A stretch of DNA of 64,000 nt from a virus: the IMG/VR virus record IMGVR_UViG_3300008116_000027, positions 12,886 to 76,885 of that record; one strand, 5' to 3'. Made by a program: the position numbers and the translations under genes. Of this stretch, positions 48,621 to 58,415 are shown piece by piece (position 1 is the first letter of the stretch; every line of letters begins with the position of its first letter). The notes under the pieces were generated by a model. The model ran no database searches and was not told the origin of the DNA. It saw nothing but the letters and a program-made list of their open reading frames with translations.

Positions 48621-49748
48621 ATGATTAAAGGAACATATATATATTATCAAGACGGAAAAGAAATTGCCCGTTCTTCAAATGTTATTACAAAATTTGGAAA
48701 AAGATTTTTAACAAATACAATAGCTGGAAACGTATCTAATTTAAAAAAAGACATAGCAATAGGAATAGACTACACTACTGCCGCAGAAAATGACACAAGA
48801 TTAGGTTTTGAGTTTTATAGAGTACCAGTATTTTTTGGATCATCTGACATACAGACAGTTGACGGTACATCAACATATTCTGCAATTTTTAAAACATCAA
48901 TACCGCAAGATGTAGAGGGACATATTAATGAGATAGGACTCTACCCATCGGACAGAACTTCAATTAATAATTATGATAGTAAATTTTTAACAGATTTTTC
49001 TAGCTACTTAGACTGGACAGATGAAGATTTATTTAAAGCAGACTATTCTACTAACAATCCAAGAATTGGTAACAATTTAGTAGTAATGCAGTCAGACGGG
49101 CCAGATGCTAATGAATATTTTTATAACATTACACCAATTGATTTATCTGGATACAGCGTAAACGACACTTTAAGATTAGCATATAATAAATTAGATCAAG
49201 AACTGGAATCTATTAAAATTAAATTGTATAGCTCAGATACTCAATATTTTGAATATGAAATAATGCCATCTCAAGAGTTAGGACATGCAATTACAAATGA
49301 TATATTAATGTCATTAGTATATGCTGGAACAAGTGCTGTTTCCCCAGACAAAAAATTAATTAATAAAATTGGAATAACAATTACACCATCTGGAAGCAAT
49401 ACTACATATGTTGGCTTTGATGGATTAAGAATTAATGATGAAGATACATTTGATCCATTTTTTGGATTAATCAGTAGATCTGTTGTAAACAATACAACAT
49501 CAATATCTGGAACATCGGGACAAAATACAATAACAGTTGGATCAATAAATAATCTGTTTGTAGGTCAACCAGTTGTTGGAACTGGAATAGCGTCTGGTTC
49601 TCTAATAACTGATATTTCAAATAATACAGTAACACTTTCAAAAAATAATACTGGAACAGTATCTGGTGCTGGATCTTTTTATGGCATTAAAAAAATTGCT
49701 GGTAGGTCTTTGGATATAGAATATAAATTAGACCTAGACTGGAACTAA
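48621..49748 (+). CDS. tail/baseplate protein
   Basis: NVITKFGK, L.FEFYRVP, INEIGLY motifs. Confidence 0.6.
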   Translation: MIKGTYIYYQDGKEIARSSNVITKFGKRFLTNTIAGNVSNLKKDIAIGIDYTTAAENDTRLGFEFYRVPVFFGSSDIQTVDGTSTYSAIFKTSIPQDVEGHINEIGLYPSDRTSINNYDSKFLTDFSSYLDWTDEDLFKADYSTNNPRIGNNLVVMQSDGPDANEYFYNITPIDLSGYSVNDTLRLAYNKLDQELESIKIKLYSSDTQYFEYEIMPSQELGHAITNDILMSLVYAGTSAVSPDKKLINKIGITITPSGSNTTYVGFDGLRINDEDTFDPFFGLISRSVVNNTTSISGTSGQNTITVGSINNLFVGQPVVGTGIASGSLITDISNNTVTLSKNNTGTVSGAGSFYGIKKIAGRSLDIEYKLDLDWN

Positions 49749-49749
49749 A

Positions 49750-51645
49750 ATGTCAGCATATCAAGATCTGCTAAAAGACACATCGGTTGCTGTTGAAGAC
49801 GGCAACTATTTTATAGTAACAGTCGCAGATCTAAATTTAAATACAACATATCCAATTCAATTTAGATGGAAATATAAAGATGGCACATATGGGCTATGGG
49901 GTGCTACTAAAATAATAACAACAACTGGAGAAATTGTGCCAGGCAGACCAAATCTTGGAGTTTCTGATGTTGTTGGAGATAAAGGGTTTATTAAAGTTAC
50001 TTGGAATGGAAATGATAGTTCTGGGAAACCAATAACAAACATAGATAGAGTTGATATATATATAGATGGTTCTCCATTTAATGGATTAAAACCAGCTGGT
50101 AGCTTTAAAACTTCAGGAACACAAACAATTGCCGCACCAGCAGGACAATACATAGTTGCCTTGTATGCAGTAACTAATTATGGAAGTACGTCTCCTGTAA
50201 GCACTTCAAGAACAGTAACTGTGGCTGATGCTGGACAGACAATAATTAGTCCAGAAAACCCAGATGTTCCAACATTAACTGCAGGGCTAGCATCAATTAT
50301 TGTTTCTTGGAATGGTAAAAAATTAGTCGATGGCGTTGCCAGCAATTTTTCTGAAGGGGCTTTTGCAAGCGCTAAGGTTTATGTAGGAACCTCGGCTGAG
50401 TTTGTTACAAGTGATAATAATTGGGTTCATTCATTAAACTTTGCAAACGGAACTAATCAAGTATCAATTGGAGTTGGAACTGTAATTGATAAATCGCTTG
50501 GGACAAAATTAGAATATGGTGTGCCATATTACGTTAAGATTAAAACTGTAAATGCTGCAGTACCACCAGTTGAAACATCAACAGCAGTTTCTTCTAGCCC
50601 AACAAATATTACAGTTGATAAGGTAGCAGCAAGCGAAATTAAAACAGGATTCCTTTCAGCAGATGCACAAATACTTGCTGGAATTAGTGGCGGAGCAAGA
50701 GTAGAATTATCAGGATCTACAACACCATTTGTAATATATGGAACTGGCGGACAAGAGTTATTAAAATTTATTTCAAGCCCAACCCCAAGCTTAACAGTTA
50801 ATGGAGGAGGAATATTTACTGGAGATCTTTCAGCAGGATCAGGGACTTCAATATTTAAATCAGATTCAAGCGGAATATATTTAGGAAATGAAACATTTGG
50901 ATTAGCCCCATTTAGTGTATCTAGAAACGGTACATTGAAAGCACAATCTGGAACAATTGGTGGATGGCAAATATCAGGAAGCTATTTACAGAATACTACT
51001 GGCACATTTCAGATAAATAGTAATGACTCCGCTATGTATTTAGGAAGTCCAGATTCAAGTCATATAAGATTTACTCCTTCTCAAATTGCACACTATAACG
51101 GATCGGGATCTCCTAGTGGTAAATTTACTTTAACAACATCTAATGGGGCTTTAACCCTATCAGGAGATATTGTTGGATCTAGTATATTCGGATCTACGGT
51201 AACATCTTCATCTTCTGCCAGCGGAAGAAGAACAGTGTTAGATTCTTCAACAAATGCTATTTCTTTTTATGACTCTGACTCACAAGCAATAGCACATATA
51301 TCACCACTAGACTCACACAACGGGCTTCTTATTTCAACTGGAGGGGCACCGTCATCCACATTTATCAATGGATCTTCTCCAAAAATTGGACTTTGGAAAT
51401 ATGGCACAGGTGGATACCTTAACATTCAATTAAGTGATCAATTTGATGGTCTTACTATAAGTGGAAGTGACGGTTACACAGAATTAACTACAGGTAAAAC
51501 CAATGTTGCGGACAGTGTAATAAATGCACAATCGCTAAGACCAATTGCAGCTATATCAAATTCAGTTTTTGGAGGAGCATCAACAATTAATCAATCCTGG
51601 CCTGCTAATCAAGAAGGCCTTATCATGTTAGTATACAATCCATAA
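49750..51645 (+). CDS. tail fibre/tip protein with FN3-like domains
   Basis: VTWNG/VSWNG domains; APFSVSRNG...SGTIGGW. Confidence 0.65.
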   Translation: MSAYQDLLKDTSVAVEDGNYFIVTVADLNLNTTYPIQFRWKYKDGTYGLWGATKIITTTGEIVPGRPNLGVSDVVGDKGFIKVTWNGNDSSGKPITNIDRVDIYIDGSPFNGLKPAGSFKTSGTQTIAAPAGQYIVALYAVTNYGSTSPVSTSRTVTVADAGQTIISPENPDVPTLTAGLASIIVSWNGKKLVDGVASNFSEGAFASAKVYVGTSAEFVTSDNNWVHSLNFANGTNQVSIGVGTVIDKSLGTKLEYGVPYYVKIKTVNAAVPPVETSTAVSSSPTNITVDKVAASEIKTGFLSADAQILAGISGGARVELSGSTTPFVIYGTGGQELLKFISSPTPSLTVNGGGIFTGDLSAGSGTSIFKSDSSGIYLGNETFGLAPFSVSRNGTLKAQSGTIGGWQISGSYLQNTTGTFQINSNDSAMYLGSPDSSHIRFTPSQIAHYNGSGSPSGKFTLTTSNGALTLSGDIVGSSIFGSTVTSSSSASGRRTVLDSSTNAISFYDSDSQAIAHISPLDSHNGLLISTGGAPSSTFINGSSPKIGLWKYGTGGYLNIQLSDQFDGLTISGSDGYTELTTGKTNVADSVINAQSLRPIAAISNSVFGGASTINQSWPANQEGLIMLVYNP

Positions 51646-53900
51646 TGCCTCAATTTATTAATAAGGGTGGTTCATGGAAAACAATAATTGATGGATATAT
51701 CAATTTAAATGGTTCATGGAAAAAAATTATAAATGGATTTATAAATGTATCTGGATCATGGAAATCATTTTGGTCAGCTGGGCTAGTTCCAGTAATTTCT
51801 GAACAGGTTGAAATTATCAAAACAACTAATGCAAATGGCACTATAAGATTAACTGGTAGAAACTATAATTGGACAAATTTTAATAGTGGAATTTATTTAT
51901 TTCAAAAATATAATTTAGATTTTACAACATGGGTTGTTCCTGAAATGGATTCAGGTAACATTACAAATCCATCTGTTGGATCAGTAAATACTAAAACGTA
52001 CGACGTACCTCAGTCTAATATGTACCCAAATAAACAAAATCAATTTAGATTTTCAGTTACAGCAACATCATCAAACAATAATTCAACAACCTCAGATTCT
52101 GACCCAATAACATTTGAAATGCCAAGAGATATTACTAACTTAACATATAGTCAAAGTGAGTATAATGCAGTCACGGATAACTATTCAATAAGTTTTACAT
52201 GGACCCCATCACAACATTCTGGATCTCAAGTAATACAATATAAACAATCCTCAAGTAGTACATGGCTAGACTGGGTAACAGTAGATGGTTCAACTGGATC
52301 TGGAGGAGTTGGAGCATTAAATGAAGGAACACAATATGATTTTAGAATACTTCCGTGGACAGGAACATCTGCAAATGGATATTATGGTAACTTTTCAAAT
52401 CAAATAAGTGGAACTACATTAACTTCTAATAAACCAGGAAAACCAATTAACTTATCTGTAAGTAATATTACAACAAATAGTTTAACATTTAGTTGGCAGG
52501 CTAACCCAATTGGCGGGGTACCAACAGGATACATTTGGGCAATTACTACAAGCAACGCTCCTCCAGATGGAGGCAATTACCCTTCAGGAGGATACAGTTC
52601 AACTAGCACAGAAGTTACTGGATTACTTCAAAATACACTTTATTATTTATGGGTTGGTGCTGATAACTATTTTGGATTTTCTGGTTTTGAATCCACAACT
52701 GCACAAACTCTAACGGCAACAATAACACCAGGAACTCCACAAAATTTAAGTCATACAAAAGACTATTCAAATCAAAGAATAAGTACTAGCCTTGAAGCAA
52801 TTTCCACAAGTTATAAAATACAAAGATGGACTTGGGGCGCAGATGCTAATTATTATCTAACCTGGTCGGCTGCATCAGATGCTTCATTTTATGAAATATC
52901 ATATAATACTACAGACTCAAACACAGGAATTGCTTCTTACACATCAAATACTACAAGCCTAACAGACACTAACGGTCTTTTAACTAACAACCCTATAACA
53001 CGTTATTATTGGGTTAGAGCGGTATCTTCGGACGGCACAAGAGGATCCTGGAGCTCTAGTACTGGAAGCACAGCAGTATTAACTAATTCAACAAATGCAA
53101 CAATTAGATTGTATCGGTGTGATGGAAGCGCATTTAGCTCCAATACAGTTCCGTTACTTGATCAGGGTTATGAATGGACTGGAGTAAATACTTCATTTAC
53201 TCATTATGCTTATATATCTGCAACGGTAGGCGGAGTAGCAGTTAACTTTAGCTCTACAATCTGTGTACCAGAAGGAGGTACAGTTACTCCAGCCGTTACC
53301 CCAGCGGTTACCCCAGCGGTCACTCCAGCGGTATCACCAGTTTCACCTCCTACAATTACGTCACTAACTGCATCAGCACCTACGACATCATCTACACAAT
53401 TAGTAACAGTATCAGTAAGTTGGTCTTCTACAAGTCAAGCGTCATATTTCTTAAATGTATTGCAACCATTTGTTGCTAATTATTTAGACTATGGAACTAC
53501 TGAAACTAGTTCTTCTGTATCTGATTCGGGATCATCGTTTCAGGTTTATTCGGGAGCTGAAGTTTCTATTTCATTAACAGTATATAATGGAGCAAATCAA
53601 ACAGGAGGTTCTGCTTCAAGTTCAATATCATATACACCACCAATTTCTGCATCAGTCACTCCAGCAGTTACTCCAGCCGTTACTCCAGCCGTTACTCCAG
53701 CCGTTACTCCAGCGGTTACTCCAGCCGTTACTCCAGCCGTTACTCCATCGGTATGTATAGAATATAGATATACATGTAAGAGTTACGATGTAACAAACCC
53801 TGCAAGTAATAATTATTATACATGTTTTTCACCAGGAGCATGTGATGCGTATAATAACTCAGACGGATCCAGGGCAATATGTTGTGCTCAATATTCATGA
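51645..53900 (+). CDS. FN3-repeat virion protein with VTPA repeats and a Cys-rich C-terminus
   Basis: Three short G.WK repeats at the N-terminus; FN3 motifs; two VTPA tracts; six Cys in the last ~50 aa. Confidence 0.75.
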   Translation: MPQFINKGGSWKTIIDGYINLNGSWKKIINGFINVSGSWKSFWSAGLVPVISEQVEIIKTTNANGTIRLTGRNYNWTNFNSGIYLFQKYNLDFTTWVVPEMDSGNITNPSVGSVNTKTYDVPQSNMYPNKQNQFRFSVTATSSNNNSTTSDSDPITFEMPRDITNLTYSQSEYNAVTDNYSISFTWTPSQHSGSQVIQYKQSSSSTWLDWVTVDGSTGSGGVGALNEGTQYDFRILPWTGTSANGYYGNFSNQISGTTLTSNKPGKPINLSVSNITTNSLTFSWQANPIGGVPTGYIWAITTSNAPPDGGNYPSGGYSSTSTEVTGLLQNTLYYLWVGADNYFGFSGFESTTAQTLTATITPGTPQNLSHTKDYSNQRISTSLEAISTSYKIQRWTWGADANYYLTWSAASDASFYEISYNTTDSNTGIASYTSNTTSLTDTNGLLTNNPITRYYWVRAVSSDGTRGSWSSSTGSTAVLTNSTNATIRLYRCDGSAFSSNTVPLLDQGYEWTGVNTSFTHYAYISATVGGVAVNFSSTICVPEGGTVTPAVTPAVTPAVTPAVSPVSPPTITSLTASAPTTSSTQLVTVSVSWSSTSQASYFLNVLQPFVANYLDYGTTETSSSVSDSGSSFQVYSGAEVSISLTVYNGANQTGGSASSSISYTPPISASVTPAVTPAVTPAVTPAVTPAVTPAVTPAVTPSVCIEYRYTCKSYDVTNPASNNYYTCFSPGACDAYNNSDGSRAICCAQYS
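53283..53330 (+). repeat. (VTPA)4 coding repeat
   Basis: 12-nt units gtNacYccagcS. Confidence 0.85.
53655..53750 (+). repeat. (VTPA)7-VTPS coding repeat
   Basis: 12-nt units, mostly gttactccagcc. Confidence 0.9.
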
Positions 53901-53946
53901 TAAATATACTATTTACAAAATTTATTAGAAAAGGTATAATTTATAT

Positions 53947-54330
53947 ATGATTAATTTACAACAAGAAGACTGGTTTATTCCAGGAGTAAAACAAGTTAAA
54001 ATAGAACTAGGTGAATTGGCAAAACAAATTGCTATAATCCTTGATGGAGAAATAGCTTTTTTTATCGGGGTAAAAGAAGAAATTGCAGAAAAAATTATTA
54101 ATGGAACAGGTTTTTCTGAGTGTGGTATGATAAATGGCTTATTTTGTTTATCATTTACATATAACGGAACAGCAGATCAAATTTTGTGTAATGAAATGAC
54201 TCAGGCAGCTTTTTTGTCTAACCCTCAATTTATATATGTTGACAAAGCAGTCCAAAGACATGCCGAGTTGGCAGAGGCTGGCTGGCTGTACGTAGATGGG
54301 CAGTTCATAATTCCAGGAGAATATGAATGA
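53947..54330 (+). CDS. hypothetical protein
   Basis: AAFLSNP and GWLYVDGQF motifs; leaderless after TTTACA-17-TATAAT. Confidence 0.7.
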   Translation: MINLQQEDWFIPGVKQVKIELGELAKQIAIILDGEIAFFIGVKEEIAEKIINGTGFSECGMINGLFCLSFTYNGTADQILCNEMTQAAFLSNPQFIYVDKAVQRHAELAEAGWLYVDGQFIIPGEYE

Positions 54331-54560
54331 CAGAAAAAAGTAAATGGCAACAATATAAAGAAAAAAATGGCACAACTCCATTAGACCTTTTAAATCCACA
54401 CGTTAAAATTGCCACAGACGATATTAAAAATAATAGAATGCAAATATGTTACTCATGCCCAGAATTAATAAAATTAACAACACAATGCAAACAATGTGGA
54501 TGCCTTATGAAATTAAAAACTAAACTAGAAGAATCAAAATGCCCAATAGGTAAATGGTAA
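54327..54560 (+). CDS. small Cys-rich metal-binding protein
   Basis: CYSCPE...CKQCGC.M..KTKL...CPIGKW. Confidence 0.75.
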   Translation: MTEKSKWQQYKEKNGTTPLDLLNPHVKIATDDIKNNRMQICYSCPELIKLTTQCKQCGCLMKLKTKLEESKCPIGKW

Positions 54561-55165
54561 TGTTTGAAAAAGAAGAAATTGCTCCTGGTATTGTAATATA
54601 TAGAAACATAAAAAACTCATATTTAAATTTTATAGAAGATATAGAAGAGTCTTTATCGTTAAATGAAACAGGATTAAATTGGATTGAGCCACATATTTTA
54701 AAAGATGGAAAAGATGTTATAGATTATAGCGTAAGGAATTTACATGTATTTCATTGTTCTTACCCAAAATTAAAAAAGATAGAGCCAGAAAATGTTAAAG
54801 AAATATTTGATTATAATTTAGGAAAAAAACTTTATGAATTTATGCACCCAGTTGAAGAAGACTATAAATCAATGTACGGAGTTAAAACAAAAACACATGA
54901 CTCTTATCAATTATTAAAATATGGAGAAGGACATTTTTTTTCAAATCATTTAGATGATGATTTAACATATCCAAGAACAATTTCAACCGCATGGTATATA
55001 AACGATAACTATAAAGGAGGAGAAATCAATTTCCCAAGATTTAATTTATCTTATAAGCCAGAAAAAAATTCTATGTTGATATTTCCATCAACTTATGTAT
55101 ACAATCATTCAGTAAATAAAGTATATAACGGCACAAGGTATGCCGTAGTTAGCTGGCTTGATTAA
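54554..55165 (+). CDS. 2OG-Fe(II) oxygenase, prolyl-4-hydroxylase-like
   Basis: NHLD, YINDNYKGGE, FPSTYVYNH, GTRY. Confidence 0.9.
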   Translation: MVMFEKEEIAPGIVIYRNIKNSYLNFIEDIEESLSLNETGLNWIEPHILKDGKDVIDYSVRNLHVFHCSYPKLKKIEPENVKEIFDYNLGKKLYEFMHPVEEDYKSMYGVKTKTHDSYQLLKYGEGHFFSNHLDDDLTYPRTISTAWYINDNYKGGEINFPRFNLSYKPEKNSMLIFPSTYVYNHSVNKVYNGTRYAVVSWLD

Positions 55166-55683
55166 TGGACTGGATAAAAAATCTTATTGAGTTAAAAGAA
55201 AATAATAAAATTGGCTTTATAGAATCTAAAATTGATTTTAAAGAATCATGGGAAGATTTTTTAAATTATCGCAAAGAGGCAAATTATGGAAGACCTACTA
55301 GATGGGAAAATAATAATTTGTCAATAGCTTTTGAAACTACAGGGTCTCCTTTAATGAAAAAATTTGACGGATTTAATATTTTAAGAAATGGTCTTTATAA
55401 AATATGGGGGGACCTTGTTTGGGACGAACCAGCAGTTATTATGTCAGATACACTTGGACCCACCAGCGGATTAAAAGAGCATCAAGACTCTTGTCAACAA
55501 ATACATTTAAATTGTTTAGGATCTGCAGAATGGAAAATTAAAAAGGGAGACGGGTCTTTAATTAAAAAGATATTAAATTCAGGAGACATGGTTTACTTGC
55601 CAACAGGAACTCCGCATGAAGTAACAACAGTTTCTGCTCCAAGGGTAGGAATTGCGTATTCTATTAGAAATAAATATGTTTAA
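55165..55683 (+). CDS. JmjC/cupin-type oxygenase
   Basis: EHQD...GSAEW...GDMVYLPTGTPHEV. Confidence 0.75.
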   Translation: MDWIKNLIELKENNKIGFIESKIDFKESWEDFLNYRKEANYGRPTRWENNNLSIAFETTGSPLMKKFDGFNILRNGLYKIWGDLVWDEPAVIMSDTLGPTSGLKEHQDSCQQIHLNCLGSAEWKIKKGDGSLIKKILNSGDMVYLPTGTPHEVTTVSAPRVGIAYSIRNKYV

Positions 55684-55736
55684 ATTAGGCTGGTTAAAAA
55701 AGTCTAATTATGTTATAATAATAAAGGAGGTAAAAA

Positions 55737-55949
55737 ATGCAACTTACTAAAGAAGAAAAAATAGCTATTATTGGACAGCATATTAAAAATTTAGAAAATA
55801 GCAAATACAATATTGAATTATCTATTGTTGAAGAAAGCTCTATTACAAGTCCTAACTTAGCAGCTCTATCTAATTTAAACGATGAGATAGAGAAAATTGT
55901 TACAAAAATTTCAGCTTTAAATTCAGAAAAAACAAAACTAGAAGCATAG
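55737..55949 (+). CDS. small coiled-coil protein
   Basis: AGGAGG RBS; heptad pattern. Confidence 0.7.
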   Translation: MQLTKEEKIAIIGQHIKNLENSKYNIELSIVEESSITSPNLAALSNLNDEIEKIVTKISALNSEKTKLEA

Positions 55950-55955
55950 GTTAAA

Positions 55956-56129
55956 ATGGAAAAAGCAGAATTAATTATCACGGCTCTACAGCAACGAATG
56001 GGTGAACTGGTATCAAATTATGAAACTCAAATTGCAATATTACGTGCAGAGATTACACAGCTTATGGAAAAGGAAAATGCTAAAGCTAAAGAAGAATACT
56101 CAGAGCATCTTAATAACCTCTCCGACTGA
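55956..56129 (+). CDS. small coiled-coil protein (57 aa)
   Basis: Manual translation MEKAELIITALQQRMGELVSNYETQIAILRAEITQLMEKENAKAKEEYSEHLNNLSD. Confidence 0.65.
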   Translation: MEKAELIITALQQRMGELVSNYETQIAILRAEITQLMEKENAKAKEEYSEHLNNLSD

Positions 56130-56475
56130 TTTTCCTTCAGGCATTGCTGTTAAAACAGACAAGGGCACCTACTGGATTAAAGATGGGAAAAGGTATAAAT
56201 TGATATCTAAGAGAGCAGAAGAGTCTTGGTCTTTTACTACAGTAAATGCTACAGAATCAGCATTATCTTTGATTAAGCAGTCTGGCAAATTAGGATTTAG
56301 AGATGGCGCTTTGATCAAGAACATTGCAGATGGTAAAATGTATTTAATATCGCAAAATAAAAAGCGTCATATTGTGGACCCAGATTCATTCTCTAAATAT
56401 GGACTTAATAGGTCTAAGGTAGTAGAGGTCAGTGAGTCAGAGATAAATTCACATGAATTAGGAGAAAATTTATAA
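56077..56475 (+). CDS. hypothetical protein with two internal repeats
   Basis: YWIKDGKRYKLIS and YLISQNKKRHIVD repeats; ATG56077 follows AAGGA. Confidence 0.6.
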   Translation: MLKLKKNTQSILITSPTDFPSGIAVKTDKGTYWIKDGKRYKLISKRAEESWSFTTVNATESALSLIKQSGKLGFRDGALIKNIADGKMYLISQNKKRHIVDPDSFSKYGLNRSKVVEVSESEINSHELGENL

Positions 56476-56903
56476 TGGCAGCAAATTGGAAAGTTGTAAC
56501 ATTTAATGAGGGTGCCCCATTTGACCCTAATGATTTAAATCAATTACAGTCAAATTTAACAGACGTTTTTACAAAATCTACAAGTTTATTAAATGCTACA
56601 AAAGATGCTAGCGGTCAAAATAGAGTAGCAGTTTCTGATCAAGGATCAGAATCAGTAACATTAAAAGGAACAACTCCCGTATCCGTAGCAGTAACATTTA
56701 CACCATCTTTTATTGCTGGATCAGAAACTGGATTTGTTGCCTCTATGGGACAAGCGTTAACTGCATCAACAGGTGTTGTTTCAGTCGCTACAGTACTAAA
56801 TGCAGATAAAACAGGTGGAACAATATATGCCGTAAGCAATAACTCCAAAGCTACAATGTTAGTAAATATTAATTGGATGGCCACACAACTTAAAAATATT
56901 TAA
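56475..56903 (+). CDS. hypothetical, possibly virion protein
   Basis: DLNQLQSN N-terminus; beta-rich C-terminus ending INWMA. Confidence 0.6.
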   Translation: MAANWKVVTFNEGAPFDPNDLNQLQSNLTDVFTKSTSLLNATKDASGQNRVAVSDQGSESVTLKGTTPVSVAVTFTPSFIAGSETGFVASMGQALTASTGVVSVATVLNADKTGGTIYAVSNNSKATMLVNINWMATQLKNI

Positions 56904-56906
56904 TGC

Positions 56907-56973
56907 TTGACAGATCAAAAGAATATGTTAAAATATAGCATGTTCTATAAAGTCACGAAACCGTGACTTTTTT
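56907..56973 (+). promoter_or_regulatory. promoter, 8-codon leaderless uORF and overlapping terminator hairpin
   Basis: TTGACA 56907, TGtTAAAAT ending 56934, ATG56940-TGA56966 (MFYKVTKP), stem AAAGTCACG/CGTGACTTT followed by TTT. Confidence 0.6.
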
Positions 56974-56989
56974 AATTTAAGGATATTAG

Positions 56990-57805
56990 ATGTCTAATGA
57001 TTTAAAGTGGATGCTGTCTTCAGATCAACAATTTCCATATCAAGATAATAAAGCAATTGAGCTTTGGTTTAAGGTAATGAAATGGTTTAAGCCAGATGTC
57101 GTAGACTATCTTGGAGATACAGATGATCAGGCATGCTACAGTAAATATACAGATGGCAAGCCAACAGAGTTTATTAAAGCATATAAAGATGATAACGTAA
57201 CAAATGATTTAGAGTTAATGCTTAAAGACATGAAATTAGAGGCAAGTGGTGCTCGTGAATTTTATGCTAGAACAAGAAAGATGCTCCCAGACGCACAATT
57301 ATTTTCTGCATTAGGAAATCATGATATTAGAATTTTTGATTATTTAGATAAAAAAATCCCAGAGTATGCAAAGCATGTAACACCAGAAGCCTTGTGGAGT
57401 TTAGATTCTTTAGGGTATGACTATATTTATTATAATGAATTGCCTAAGCGTAGATTTGGAGATATCCACGTACACCACGGCATGTCAGTTTCAGCCACTG
57501 GTGCAATTAGAAAAGATATGGAAGACCTTCAGATCTCATTAATTCGTGGACACTCACATAGAATTGCTTCACATATGGTAACATATGAATTAAGAAACAA
57601 GGGTAAAGGTGAAACAATTAGAGGCTATGAAATTGGACACATGTGTGACGAAAAGGGTCCAGGTATGAAGTATACTCAACACCATGATTGGCAAAAAGGA
57701 TTTGCTGTTGCTCATATTGAGAATGGAAAATACCCTCACGTTAATATGATACATATATCACCAGACTACACATGCGTTGTTGATGGAAAGCTGTTTACTT
57801 TATAA
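56990..57805 (+). CDS. calcineurin-like metallophosphoesterase
   Basis: SDQQ, GDTDD, GNHD, HHG, GHSH motifs. Confidence 0.85.
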   Translation: MSNDLKWMLSSDQQFPYQDNKAIELWFKVMKWFKPDVVDYLGDTDDQACYSKYTDGKPTEFIKAYKDDNVTNDLELMLKDMKLEASGAREFYARTRKMLPDAQLFSALGNHDIRIFDYLDKKIPEYAKHVTPEALWSLDSLGYDYIYYNELPKRRFGDIHVHHGMSVSATGAIRKDMEDLQISLIRGHSHRIASHMVTYELRNKGKGETIRGYEIGHMCDEKGPGMKYTQHHDWQKGFAVAHIENGKYPHVNMIHISPDYTCVVDGKLFTL

Positions 57806-57990
57806 TGTGGTGCGGTAAATGTTCTGGAAGAGTATTCGTAGATAGAGTTTTTTCTCAAAAACTTCATGTAGAACTATTTTGTATTCTATGCGGAAAACGA
57901 TGGATGATTAATAAAGAAACGAATAGATTTGGAAAATGGTTAGAAAAAAAGGATCGAGAGTACGCAAAAAATTTCTCTATTTCTTCTTAA
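57805..57990 (+). CDS. small zinc-finger protein
   Basis: CGKC...CILCG. Confidence 0.7.
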   Translation: MWCGKCSGRVFVDRVFSQKLHVELFCILCGKRWMINKETNRFGKWLEKKDREYAKNFSISS

Positions 57991-58415
57991 ATAATAAATT
58001 ACATAAAGTAATTAGATTATCTAGAGCTAAAGATGAAGTTGTTGCATGGTGCTACCCAGACAAAAAAAGAGTTATGTACTCGTATTCAGATGCAGAAAAG
58101 AATATGGAGACTGCTTATACAATTAAGCAAACAGGACAAATACTTGGTAGACATAAAGTTACAATTGAAGAATATATACTTCAAGGTAAAATTTCTATAC
58201 CACAAAAGGTTTATCCTATAAGTAATCCAGAAAGCTCATGGTATAAATTTATGCTTAGTGAATCTGATATATTTAAATTACATGAATATATACTAGAGGC
58301 TGGGTACACAAAGGATTTACCTTCAAAAGCAGAATTACGGGCACTTCTCAAAAACAACATTATATTGTATACTAAGACCGATTCTGGATTTGTACCAGTA
58401 TGGAAGGCGGAGTAG
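57936..58415 (+). CDS. HTH DNA-binding protein (MerR/excisionase-like)
   Basis: YTIKQTGQILGRHKVTIEEYILQGKI. Confidence 0.65.
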   Translation: MVRKKGSRVRKKFLYFFLNNKLHKVIRLSRAKDEVVAWCYPDKKRVMYSYSDAEKNMETAYTIKQTGQILGRHKVTIEEYILQGKISIPQKVYPISNPESSWYKFMLSESDIFKLHEYILEAGYTKDLPSKAELRALLKNNIILYTKTDSGFVPVWKAE

